64,000 nt of DNA from Eledone cirrhosa. Its lineage: Eukaryota. The notes under the pieces are model-generated. The model was not told the DNA's origin and did no database searches. It saw only the letters and a list, made by a program, of their open reading frames with translations. Positions 1-12,532 of the stretch are shown here, piece after piece. Made by a program: the position numbers and the translations under genes. The number at the start of each line of letters is the position of its first letter. Position 1 is the first letter of the stretch. The stretch lies in assembly GCA_964016885.1 (NCBI GenBank), contig OZ024741.1:145390001-145454000 (forward strand), given 5' to 3'.

Positions 1-234
1 CATAATTGAGATGGAGAAGAAAAATAAGCAAAGGGAAGAATCCATTAGATACATACCAATATTTTACTAATATTTTATGGTTGACATGCACTCCAGAATC
101 CTATGTGTATATTTTTTTTTATGAGTGTGAATTGAGAAAAAAAAAATGTATATATAATGATGTGCTGTGACATTTTTTTTCTAATCCTTTTTTATGTGTA
201 CAGGAGAATACGAAACATTATGAACATATTTCAA

Positions 235-335
235 TCAGTATTTGAGAGGCTTGATGTCACCTTAGAGGAGGCTAAGGGACTGGCACAGGCCACCATTGAT
301 GGAGGGCACTGGTGGACCTGGTAATCTCCATGCAA
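235..335 (+). mobile_element. Highly degenerate RTE-type LINE C-terminal fragment
   Basis: Translates as FERLDVTLEEAKGLAQ, then after a frameshift WRALVDLV. This resembles the RTE ORF C-terminal LAQDRxxWRxLV motif. Confidence 0.35.
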
Positions 336-883
336 GATGATGCCTCTGGGACCACTGACCAGGATGTTCCCAGTCCAACCAAGCATAAGTGAACGATAGA
401 AAGCTAGATAGATAGATTTGAGAATGTTCATGATCACTGATTTTTGGTTAATTGCTTCTCATAAGAGACCAGTTTACTAGATAAAGGGTGTTACATTTGC
501 AAGACCTAGCAGAAGTATCACCACTTGAACTCAAAACATACAGAGCCAGAACAGATGCTAAAAAGCATATCGTCTGACTCTTTAACAATTCTGCCAGTCC
601 AGCACACTGAAACTACTACATTATTTTTGAACCCTGAAAGGATGAAAGGCAAGGTTCCCCTTGGTGGTATTTGATAAGTGTTTTATATTGCTTCATCACT
701 AAAGGGAACATGAAAAAATGCAGTTCAAACCAAACGTCTTCTGACTATTTAGTGTAAAGCACACAGCATAGAGAATATCTGAATGGCATGTCAACTTTTG
801 GTTTCTATTGAATAGTCTTAAATCAGATCATGTACTCAAGTCTTCTTAACCCTTTCATTGTCATATTTATAATGAAATGCCCT

Positions 884-885
<2 letters not shown>

Positions 886-917
<32 letters not shown>

Positions 918-1349
918 CCGTTTTATGTCCCAAGTCTTCTTGGGTCCCTCCACTCAAAGGCTTCTATCGACTTTAAGTGCTCTGCACCTTTTTATGCAGT
1001 TGTCATCATTCATATGCATTGCATGTCCATACCAACTTCAGGTTAGTCTCTTTCTCAGTTCATTTATGCTTTGCTGTTCACATATATTACTATTACATAT
1101 CCATCAGAGCATGCAAGCTTCATTTCTTTCTAACCTATGCAGTACCCAGGTCTCACTACCATGTAACATTCCTGTTCGTATGTACGCATCATACAGACTG
1201 CCTTTCATTTTGAGGGAAAAGTCTTTTGCAGCTAGCAGTGGTAGTAGCTCCTTGAACTTCTTCCATCCTGTTCTTACCCTGGTTACTGTACTTTTAGAAC
1301 ACCCAGCTCCTCTGCTGATTCAGTCACCTAGGTAGCAGAAACTGTCTAC
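886..1349 (-). mobile_element. Diverged 5'-truncated RTE LINE with (GAT)n tail
   Basis: Minus strand reads DSFCYLGD...VRTGWKKFKELLPLLAAKDFSLKMKGSLYDA...RPKKTW. The (CAT)n at 886-918 is the tail. Homologous to 12533-13746. Confidence 0.85.
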
Positions 1350-1356
1350 TGTTATA

Positions 1357-1406
1357 ACAAGCCGAATGAGTTGGGGTGTATAACCCAATGAAACTTAAGT
1401 TCCTGC
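1357..1406 (+). ncRNA. Degenerate type I hammerhead ribozyme in a Penelope-like terminal fragment
   Basis: CCGAATGA (core variant), stem II GTTGGG/CCCAAT, GAAA, palindromic stem III ACTTAAGT, then T. Stem I is imperfect (ACAAG/CCTGC). An AT-rich tail follows, ending in (TA)n. Confidence 0.5.
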
Positions 1407-1482
1407 ATATATCATTGTCGTAACTAATTATACTTAACTTGTCCTATGGTCTGAGTGCTCTTACCCTTGGATATTTTTACCA

Positions 1483-1550
<68 letters not shown>

Positions 1551-1624
1551 AAAAACCGAGGCAAAAGAGCAGTGAGCAGCATGAGCACACAGGAAAACAA
1601 CCCATTAAATGCTCAGAGGGCTCT

Positions 1625-2228
1625 CTAGATATAACTGACAGCTTCTGCTACCTAGGAGACCAAATTAACAGTGGAGTTGTGTGTTCTGAAAGTACTGTAT
1701 CCAGAGTAAGGACAAGTTGATAAAACTTCAGGGAGCTACTATAAATGCTAGCTTCATGGAGTCTTTCCCTCAGAGTGAAAGGCATATTGTATGATACTTG
1801 CATGCAAATACCAGTGTTACATGTTAGTGAGATGGGCTTTCTGTATGGTAGACTTACAGAGATTGGAGAGAAACGAGGCAAGCATCCTCCAATGGATGTG
1901 TAATAGTAGTATACATGAGTGACAAAGCATCAAGCTGAGAAAAAAACAAAAAAAAACAGGGCATAAGAGGCATCAGTTGCAGTATGCAAGAGAGGAGACT
2001 GTGATGGTATGAACATGTGATGCATATAAAGGATGACAGCTGCATAAAGAAACACAGGGGGCTTGAAATCAAAGGAACCCTCAAAAGTAAAAGACCTAGG
2101 AAAACATGGGATGGTGTGGTGAGGGCCTACCTCATGCAGCTGAACCTCACACAGGAGATGGCCCAGGACCAAGAAAACTGGGGATATTCTATAATATGTA
2201 GAACTCACCTGTCTATGCAAGTAGAATG
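1625..2228 (+). mobile_element. Diverged 5'-truncated RTE LINE
   Basis: DSFCYLGDQ...HVMHIKDDSCIKK...RPRKTWDGVV...MAQDQENW, with several stops. Confidence 0.8.
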
Positions 2229-2549
2229 AACTAGCACAAAAAGGTGGCTAACCTATCTACCTCCATCAACCCTAAACCCAAAGAAGCAAAGAGGTGGTAC
2301 AACACTCAGGAAGCTTGATTGTTAAACCCTGCTAAACCCTTGAACTTCCAATATTTCTCCAACCCGGAAAATGAGCAGCTTTCTCTGTATTTTTTTTACT
2401 ACAGAAAATAGTCTAATAAAGGGGCATATAAGCTCCCACAACAGATAAAAGTGGGTATCAGCACATGAGGGAACCAAACCCATGCCTCTTATATTCATGA
2501 TAAGTGTACTAGCAATTTACACAAACTGTTGTGAAAATAAGAGGTGTGG

Positions 2550-2602
2550 CTATATACACATATATATCCCCCACACATACACGCACACATACACATATAC
2601 AA

Positions 2603-2674
<72 letters not shown>

Positions 2675-2795
2675 TTATATACATACAAGTATATACATAT
2701 ATATATATACTAATACACTTATACACACATATATACATATATTTATATATATATGTATATATGTGTGTATAAGTATATATATATGTATAAACATG

Positions 2796-2862
<67 letters not shown>
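2550..2862. repeat. (TA)n/(CA)n compound microsatellite
   Basis: Directly visible. Confidence 0.95.
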
Positions 2863-3260
2863 TATGAAGAGAGTGTGGGGACAACTGGTAAGCTTCCATT
2901 ACTCATACTTCTCGCCTTCTTCACTACCTCTTCTACGGCCTCGATATGAATACCCCCTCCGCCTCCGTGGTATTTTTTTCGTGGTTATAAGAGGCTTAGC
3001 TCTGTTTCTCGACCGTTATATCGCGTGACTATCTCCCCCTCCGCCTTTTGGGATTCTTTCTCACGTCGTGTAGACGCGTTCTTGAGACTAGTAAAATGAG
3101 GTATCCTCTTGATAAGTCGGCAGACCTCGCAGGGACTCTATATCTTTGATATATTGTTTTTGTTTATGCCACGAAACTACGTAGTCGAGGAATTTAGGAA
3201 CAGTTTGGGTATGATACATTTTATTACTAATTATATCTAAATGTTTCTTCTCTCTTCATA
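2863..3260 (+). mobile_element. Penelope-like pseudo-LTR remnant carrying a hammerhead
   Basis: CpG-rich island between (TA)n arrays. It contains the hammerhead at 3104-3191 followed by an AT-rich tail. Confidence 0.55.
3104..3191 (+). ncRNA. Type I hammerhead ribozyme, U3-A8 variant
   Basis: Stem I TCCTC (3104-3108)/GAGGA (3187-3191). Core TTGATAA (3109-3115). Stem II GT(C)GGCA/TGCCAC with a long loop. GAAA at 3173-3176. Palindromic stem III ACTACGTAGT. Cleavage triplet GTC ends at 3186. Confidence 0.8.
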
Positions 3261-3425
3261 ATGTATTTTTAACTCTGATACTGGTTCAGTCTGGTTCAAA
3301 CTGAATTGGTCTGTCCCAGTCATTCATTGAGCAACATCGGTGAAGTTGGCACCCTTAACTCACAGTTGGGTGCGGATGCATTCATGTATATATGTGTGTG
3401 TCCGCATGTATCTGTGTGTTTCTAA

Positions 3426-3484
<59 letters not shown>

Positions 3485-3486
<2 letters not shown>

Positions 3487-4150
3487 AGGAAAAAATTAGA
3501 AATAAGAGGGATCAGATGTTGTTTACTCGAGAGAAGGCTACATTGGTACGGACACGTGATGCGCATGAAAGTCGATAGCTGTATAACAAAGTGCAGGGCA
3601 ATAAAGATAGACGGTAGCCACAGAATAGGCAGACCTAGAAAATCCTGGGACGAGCTGATAAACTCCGACCTCACACACTTACACCTTTCCAAGACAATGT
3701 CACTGGACCGAGACCTTTGGCGGTACTCAGTAACAGAGAAGACCCGCCTTACCTAAATACATAGTAAAACCTACTACAGCCAGTAGGCATTTCTAACAAA
3801 ATACACCCCCGTCCCACCACCCACACCCCCATCCACACCACCCCCTCCTATGTAAAGTTATGTTGGTGCCACAACATCCAGGCCGAAACAAATGAGATCG
3901 TGTAGGTGTCACGACAAAAAAACACACAGTCCACGCTGTAATGTGGCCGTGTAGGCAACACGGTAAAAACCTCCCAGCCCCACACTGTAAATGTGGTTGG
4001 TGTTAGGAAGGGCATCCAACTGTAGAAAACCTGCCAGATAGTCCTATGCGAGCAAGACAATCACTCTTGCCTCAAGTGGGAAAACCCCCGTCCAAACCCA
4101 TGCAAGCGTGGAACACGGACGTTAAACGTTGATGATGATGATGATGATGA
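3485..4150 (+). mobile_element. Young RTE LINE 3' fragment with full 3' UTR and (GAT)n tail
   Basis: RKKLEIRGIRCCLLERRLHWYGHVMRM...GRPRKSWDEL...DRDLWR, near-identical to 13084-13746. Flanked by (TA)n on both sides. Confidence 0.95.
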
Positions 4151-4232
4151 TATATACATACATATATATATATACATACATACATGTTTATACATATATA
4201 TATATATACATACATATTTACACACACACACG

Positions 4233-4263
<31 letters not shown>

Positions 4264-7200
4264 CGACACATATATATGCATATACACACGTGCAGACACA
4301 TGGGATAACTTAATGAAGATTGTTGAGTCAAGAATTACTGCTTGTTCAAAGAAAACTTCAAAATAATCATCCTGAAAAATCAACATATTATCAATGAAAA
4401 AGTGGAAATACATTGAGAGAATTGAAGTCTAATCTATTCCTTTAGTTCTAGGAATTGAACACTCATTTAGAACTTACACTCACACACACATACATACATA
4501 TATAAATATGTATGCAAAACACACACATGTATACATACACATATACATTTGAAAAATATATATGCACACACATATATATATATGTATTGTGTGTATGTAT
4601 ACTTATCTATTCATATAAATATGATGTGTGTGCGTGAGTACTTTTGACTCTATACATCTATGTGATTACATCTTTTATTTATATATTAGACTATATTTCC
4701 ATAATTAGACTAAAACATATTAATTTCATTTTTTTCTGCTTCTTCATGTAATGAAAACTTACATGTGTACTGTCGTGCAAGCAAGTACACACCCATATAT
4801 ATATAAAAGCATAAACATGTTCATACACACACACATGCTCATACATAAGTATACATGATCATACACCATGCAAATATACAGATACATACATTATGTGCAT
4901 AAAACCAAATTAGTCTTTTTTTTTCTCGCTTTTCTTATTTTTGAAATATTTCCTCCGTCTCTTAATATTTAATATAGTCTATGGAGGAATTGATGATGAA
5001 ACGTTTGATAAGCATTCTTTGAAGATGTAATGTAATGCAGTGTCTGGCTGTTTGACTGTATGATTAATGACTGTTTTCGTCGTATCTCTAAAGGAAGTCC
5101 ACTCTTTCATAGATATTTAATGACCAGTGGTTAAATGCTTAAGCCAGACTCAGACCAGAATGTTATATGCTGGTTGTTTGTTTGTGAAGGCATGTTGTCT
5201 AGTGATCATATGAACATGGATGCGATTCCTCAACCAGATGGTGCATTGTATTCATAGTAGGCTGTTTGATTTCATATTACTTTCCTGATATGACTGGGGC
5301 TCCTATCATCAAAACACCTAAGAAACTCCCTATGAGATGTAACCTTATATGAGGCTAGTTGAACTTATATAGGTATGAGCTGTAAATTTCATTCCATCAC
5401 TGCAGGTCAAATGATTCAACAAGACTCAAACAAACTAGAGAGTTATATGGGTTAGTATGTTGTCAGTAATTGTTGGAATTGACATTGAAAGTGTGGTGAA
5501 CATACAAGGGAATATGGGACAAGATATCTTTGCAAGGACTATTTTTTTCTAACCTATAAAACATGCTAGGATTTATCAAACAATAAAATGCATTTTTAGG
5601 TTATTCCTTTTGTGAAAGTAGGGATTATTCTTAATACAAAACCACCTGAAAATGCCCCTGATTCTATAAGACAAAATTGATTATTTTAAAGTATATATAT
5701 TTATTTAAAGACCTTCAAGTATAATTTTATGTGCAGGCCTTTGTTACGTTATGTTCCAAATCTAGCTTAATAATGGAAAAGTTAGTTATTTTACTAAATT
5801 CTTCGAAATTGATTATTTTCAAAATTATAGACAGTGTGTTTCATTAGAATTCTTTCTGAGGCAATGTTTTATAGCCAGATGCTCTTCCTGGTGCCAACCC
5901 TTTCAGTTGCCTCTCACGACAAGCTGGGTTATGGGGTACCTATTCTAAACATCATACATACAGTAATGCTGAGCTTATAAAACACTTGCAAATTATTTAA
6001 TTGCTCACAAGATTGGAATGGTATGACTAGAAGAAAATGACTGTAGAGCATCTTATTGAAACTGTTACAGCTATATGGTTAAAGTATGGGTGCATGCTTG
6101 TCTATATGGTTCATGTTAAAGAAGCTTGTTTAGTCGTAAATTCCACTGAGTGATACATTGAGCAAGCATCTCTTCACATTGTCTCAGATCAACCAAAGTC
6201 TTATGAAAGGAATTGTATGAACAAGAACTATGTTACCATGAAATCCTGTATATGTCCTTGAATGGTAGACTTAATTCATCACCTGGTTTAACATCACCAC
6301 TTGTCCCTGAATGCTTTTACATAGTCAAATCTACTGGAGCCATTTAAACAGGGCCAGTGTTCTTATCACTGGATGCATCTTTCAGCTTTCTAACTTTTGA
6401 ACTATGAAATATTGAATGCTGTTTGGCAGTAATGAAAATAAAGGCAAAGCAAATTGGTGTCTATTGCTCAGGAGTACAACACAATGATTCTAGTAATGTG
6501 CCTAATAGCACAGCACATTACTCTTACAATTTCATTGCCATCATATAGAAGAAACATAAAGGTAGAGCTATATGGAAATATATTATTTCCCCAGTATTTG
6601 CTTGACATCTTTTTCCAAATAAATATGATAAGTTATCAAAACTGTCATTTGTATGAGGGTTTATTTATGATTCAATTATGAGTAATGCCTCATTGCATTG
6701 AATATCAGGAAAGAGAATCTAAACCATAATATGTGTAACCATGCTCTGGCAATGGGTTTATTTTTATCATTATTGCAGAAATCCCTGATTCAGTCACAGA
6801 AATAGGGAAAAAACGGATGTTGAATGGAAATAGTTCTTTGAATCAAAGTAAAGCTATGGATTATATCTTCTTGTTTAGTGATACTGTTCAATATGCTCAA
6901 ACAAAATTTCAAAAATATAAAATAAAACTTATAAATGATTAATTGAATGCATCCAACTGATAACTACAAATTTCTATGTTAGTTCCAACCCTTGCCTTTT
7001 GTGAAGTTATAATTCACCCGGAAAAGGATAAGGCTACAATATTGCAGAGTTTTCTCATGCATGTAGCAATGGTGAATTTGATTAACTCAATCACAAATGG
7101 ACCCTGACTAAAGCCTCTTCTCTACTGGAATAAAACATGATGGGTTCTGAAGCACTTGCACAACATCTCTTTTTATTTTTATTTTTTGAATGCAGAAATA

Positions 7201-8978
7201 TCAATTATTATCTCATTTCACATACTGGTCTAACAATTATTATTTTTATTTTTATTTTCATTTACATTTTTTTCTATTTATTTTTGCAAACATGGATTAG
7301 AATCTTCTGGAAAATTTCAATATTGGATTGGCATTAGGGAAAGGAAAGTGTGCTATGTAATGAAGGTATTAGTGTAACCAGCATAATTATTATGAGTTCA
7401 AATCAACTAGAGGCATGTTCCTTTATTTCCACAGAAAGACAACACACTTTAGGTATTTCATATGTCAAGAATATGTAGCAAACCTTTGAGAATATTCTGT
7501 GATTCCACATCTACCTGCAGATGGTAAGAGAAGACTATTGATGAATATTCTTCCATAATAGATACTTCATTTACTGACTAATTTTGCATAAAACCATTCC
7601 TTTAAATCATCTGTGGCCCTGTTTCTAACAAGAATATACTGCCATCATGTTTTAATTATCAGGGTAATCAAGAATTATGCAAGGTTTAGTGAAATAATTA
7701 ACTTTCAATTTAATAGCAAAAGACAAATATTTAACCGCAGATATCTGATATTATCTAGCTTGTAATAATGAGATTTCAGTCCAAGGTTTGAATTTAATTG
7801 TAAACTCTTTGATGGTGACAGTTTTGGGTGGGTTGCTACTGAAAGGGTTAATGGTTTTCTCTATAAATATCCATGCTAAAATGTGTTGTTTATTCAGAAA
7901 TATTCAGATATTTTTAAAGAGACTCATTAAAAAGAATATTTTTAATGATTTTGTCAGAGGAAGAAAAGCTGTGCTTTTGAACATTTTCAAGGTTACTTAG
8001 GTAGGTGGGAGATAGGTTAGAAAGAATTTATATTCTCACAGTTAAGCTGGCCTGAAAGCTTGCAACAAATGAACTTTGCTAAAGACATCTAAGTGCAAAC
8101 TGGTAGTATTAAATTAGGCAGTGGTTTAAGTTTACTAACCAAGAACACAAGGGTTCCTATCCACAATTTCCATCAGGTACATGACCATTGAAGGAGAAAG
8201 GACAGCATGGCACTGCTGCCTACTTTTCAATGGTGCATACTGAGATTTAGAAAATAATTGTTTCTACTTTAGGCACAAGGCCAGCAATAACCCAGTACAT
8301 TACTGGTACTTTATTTAGAAAATAATGTTTATAAAAAACACTCTGAAATATGTTCCTCGTGAAAGAGTGCCCACCCCAAATGTTCCAAAGACCACTACCA
8401 ATGCAGCAAAACCTGGTAATAGGCTTGCTTTTCATTTACTAGATTTCATTCACAAAGTTTTGGTCAACCAGCAACTATGGTAAAAGATCATTACCAAACT
8501 TGCTATACAGTGAGATAGAAGCAATATTTGCAAAGCAAATTTCTTCAACCCTTGACCATATGTGTTGAAATACATAGCTCATTCGACATGATGGTTATCA
8601 AACCTTACTAGAAGCCTGCCTGATTGGATTAATCTTTAAGCAAAATAAGCATCAATGGAAGAGTGGGTACTATTTTATTCAAATTAAATATATTTGTCAT
8701 TCCTCAAATATGTTTTGCCAAACTTTATATATGAGGGGATCATATGCTTTCAAGTACTTAGGGATCCAAAAGGACTTAATACAAATTGTGCTAAAACTAT
8801 TTATAGAGGAAAACATGATGAGTTGAGAAGGTTCCCTGAGAACTGTATTAAGCATACCTATGTCTGTGAATGCTCAGTAATTTGTACATTAATTTTATGA
8901 CAAGCTATTTTGTTGAGTGAATTGACTGGACCACTCATTACTAGAACTGATGAAGGTGTAACACAAAACACATACATG

Positions 8979-9061
<83 letters not shown>

Positions 9062-9310
9062 ACATATGTTATGTGTGTGAGTGTGTATATATATATATAT
9101 TGGAAAATGTGTGTAATCCTTGGTACAGTTAGGTATATTAAGACAGGGGGGAAGAAAAAATGGCTTCACTTGTGCTTTCAACAAATTTATTTTCTTCACA
9201 AAATCCAAAAAGAATTTTTCTTAAAAAAAATTATTTTATAAATTAAGTTGTTGGTTGTTGGTTAGGTCTTAGGAGTTCTTGGTTAACGTAGGAGGTATTG
9301 TTTCGTTTTT

Positions 9311-9347
9311 AGAAAGACCTTTCACGCTGAGGTGCGCTTGTCAAACT
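9311..9347 (-). ncRNA. Hammerhead-like motif, U3-A8 variant, weak stem I
   Basis: Minus strand: agt TTGACAA gcgc acctca gcgt GAAA ggtc T T tct. Stem II is 4 bp. AGGUCU is self-complementary with G-U pairs. Stem I has only 2 bp. Confidence 0.5.
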
Positions 9348-9704
9348 GATGTGTATGTGGTGTGTTGTTCTATATATAGGGATTTAACATGTCTGTGGTG
9401 TGGTGGGGGTTTCTTTTCTCCCACTTTAATAAGTGCATGGGTGTAGGTGTGTTGAAAAAGTGTTCATAGCAGAAATGAGTTGAGACGGTGAGTAGGGTTG
9501 GGTGGGGAGAAATGTAGCAAGTGCGGCCTGCCCCGGTCATTCTCGAAAAATTCCTTTATTCAGGGGAAAAAGCTTTTAGTATCGCTTTTGTGTTGAGAAT
9601 GGTCACAGGGAATCGCACCTGTCAAGTTTGTGAATAATTTTTTTTTTCTTTTTTTCCTGAAGAATTTTTCTACGTCCATCCCAAAGTTAGTCCTTTGTTC
9701 AACA

Positions 9705-10120
9705 CACACATATATGCGCATATACATACATACACACACGAGCATATGTAGGAATATATAGGCACACACCATCAATCACACACCCATGCACAAATACATC
9801 CACATACATACACAAAAACATATAGAGACACATATAAAAACACACATATACATACGTACACACACGAATATGTACTCATACCTCCACATGGGTATATATA
9901 TATATATATACACATATATATACACATATACATACATACATATATATATATACATACACATACACATACACACACATATACACACACACATATATATATA
10001 TATATACACACACACACATATATATATATATACATATATACATACATATACATACATACATATACATACATATACACACATAAAGATACATAACTAAATA
10101 TACATATATACACATACACG

Positions 10121-10153
<33 letters not shown>

Positions 10154-10308
10154 GCACGTGTATACACACACATACACACACACACACACATATACATATG
10201 TCCGTATATATACCCTCCGTTCACACATACATGCATACACACACACACATACACACATACATCTATATATATATACACATATAAAGAGAGAGGCATACAC
10301 ACACACAT

Positions 10309-10389
<81 letters not shown>

Positions 10390-10500
10390 CACATACATAT
10401 ACATATATGTACGCATAAACACATACAGACACATACACACATATACACATACATATACACATACATACATATCCATATACATACATATACACATACATAT

Positions 10501-10537
<37 letters not shown>

Positions 10538-10607
10538 CATACACATACACATACACATACAAGTACATACATACACACATACATACACATACATGTACAT
10601 ACATACA

Positions 10608-10645
<38 letters not shown>

Positions 10646-10997
10646 CATATATATATACATATATATACACATACACACACATACATATACACATACATAT
10701 ATATATACATATATATACACATACACACACATACATATACACATACATGTATACATATATATATATATGTGCGTACACACGAGCACATAAAGACACATAT
10801 ACACATACACATATATATACATATATATACATATATATACACATACATCTACATACATACATACATATACACAAACAGAAACATACACATATGTACACAC
10901 ATATATACATATATGCACATACATACACACACACACACACACATATATATAGGTACATACACATACATACACACACACATAAACATACATATCTATC

Positions 10998-11069
<72 letters not shown>

Positions 11070-11130
11070 CACACACATATATACAAACACACACATACAT
11101 ACATGTACATATACACATATATACACACAT

Positions 11131-11187
<57 letters not shown>

Positions 11188-11320
11188 CACACATACAAAC
11201 ATACACACATCCATACACATATATATATACACACACACACACACATACACACACCCACATACATATATACCCACACGTACATACATCCATACATCCCTAC
11301 ACACACATATGTGTGTGTCT
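9705..11320. repeat. 1.6 kb compound (CA)/(TA)/(TACA) microsatellite
   Basis: Directly visible; source of many spurious ORFs. Confidence 0.97.
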
Positions 11321-11405
11321 CACCGTTCACTCAGATATTCATGTGTAGACATAAGAAGAGAGGGGGGGGGGGTAGTGAAATGGAATTTTACCTCCGAGTG
11401 TTAAT

Positions 11406-11558
11406 TCATTTTTTCGTGTTCAGTAGTGGTTTAAATTTTTCAATGAAGAATTCTTCTTTATATCTGCGGAAATGTTCGTTATCCGACCATATCTTGAAGA
11501 AAGGGAAGATTGTGAATTTTCCCTTCCCGCATGATGCAAAGTGTGCGCTACATGTGGG
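11406..11558 (-). pseudogene. Penelope GIY-YIG endonuclease C-terminal remnant
   Basis: PTCSAHFASCGKGKFTIFPFFKIWSDNEHFRRYKEEFFIEKFKPLLNTKK*. The RxxKExxFIxKFKPxLN ending is typical of PLE GIY-YIG domains. Confidence 0.8.
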
Positions 11559-11908
11559 CACACCTCAGCGTGAAAGGTCTTTCTAAAAACGAAACAATAC
11601 CTCCTACGTTAACCAAGAACTCCTAAGACCTAACCAACAACCAACAACTTAATTTATAAAATAATTATTTTAAGAAAAATTCTTTTTGGATTTTGTGAAG
11701 AAAATAAATTTGTTGAAAGCACAAGTGAAGCCATTTTTTCTTCCCCCCTGTCTTAATATATATATATATATATACATATATATATGTATACAAATTGAAT
11801 ATGGTACAAGGAAAAAACTAAGCAAAATCCATTGATGATTTATAACATTTTACGGTCTCTTATATTAATCTGAATTAACCTACATAAATGGATATTATTA
11901 TTTCCTCA

Positions 11909-12102
11909 GGACGGTGTATTGGCAGAATCGATAGAGAGTCAGACACCATGCTTTGATGCATAGAGTTACGGCCCTTGCCATTCTGAGTCCAAATCCCTCT
12001 GAGGTTAACTTTGCCTTTCAACCTTACGGGGTCGATAAAATAAAGTACCAGTAATACACTGGAATAATTGCTGGCCTTGTGCCAAAAGTAGAAACAATTA
12101 TT
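11909..12102 (+). mobile_element. tRNA-derived SINE (family A)
   Basis: A-box-like TGGCAGAATCG, B-box-like GAGTCCAAATCC, body CTTTGCCTTTCA..GGGGTCGATAAAATAAAGTACCAG, short (TTA) tail. Many copies in the window. Confidence 0.85.
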
Positions 12103-12532
12103 TTATCATATATATACACGTATACATGGGAATCTGCATTATTTCTTTCCAGTTCAAAACAGATCCATATAGGCTTTAAGAATTGGTATTTAACATCTTA
12201 ATGTAAGTTCATTGCTTGCCATCTCACTTTTATAACGTCGTTTTATATCTATATATCTGTGCATGGCCTTGGATACGATTATTTGCTATATACATACTCT
12301 GACTGGGTTCTTTTTACAACTATTTTGTCATTGAATGATTACTAGACAATATTTGTGCCTAAAGTAGAAACAATTATTTTGTAATGATCTAAATAACCCC
12401 CTTATATTATATATAGTCGTCATTGATTTATTCATTAATTTATTCTTTCATAAGATGTATATAAACGCATACATAATGTATATATGAGTGTGTATGCATC
12501 TTTATATATACACATACATTATATATTCAATA

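Larger units (their letters stand above)
9134..11760 (-). mobile_element. 5'-truncated Penelope-like element with inverted terminal arms
   Basis: Near-identical inverted arms of about 200 bp at 9134-9334 and 11561-11760. GIY-YIG C-terminus at 11406-11558 (-). Hammerhead-like core at 9311-9347 (-). Internal 1.6 kb microsatellite. Confidence 0.8.

Noticed and set aside
6779-6847. Possible small host exon (IPDSVTEIGKKRMLNGNSSLNQ) with AG and GT flanks
   Set aside because: No recognisable protein family and no supporting neighbouring exons; such sites are common by chance.
8946-8975. CTGATGAAGGTGTAACACAAAAC as a hammerhead
   Set aside because: GAAA, stem III and stem I are missing; at best a decayed remnant.
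9772-11586. Long ORFs of 265-398 aa (YI/CV/HT-rich), and similar ORFs at 2482-3028, 18912-19348, 32879-33480, 33906-34536 and 51383-51887
   Set aside because: Translations of stop-free microsatellites; no protein-like complexity.
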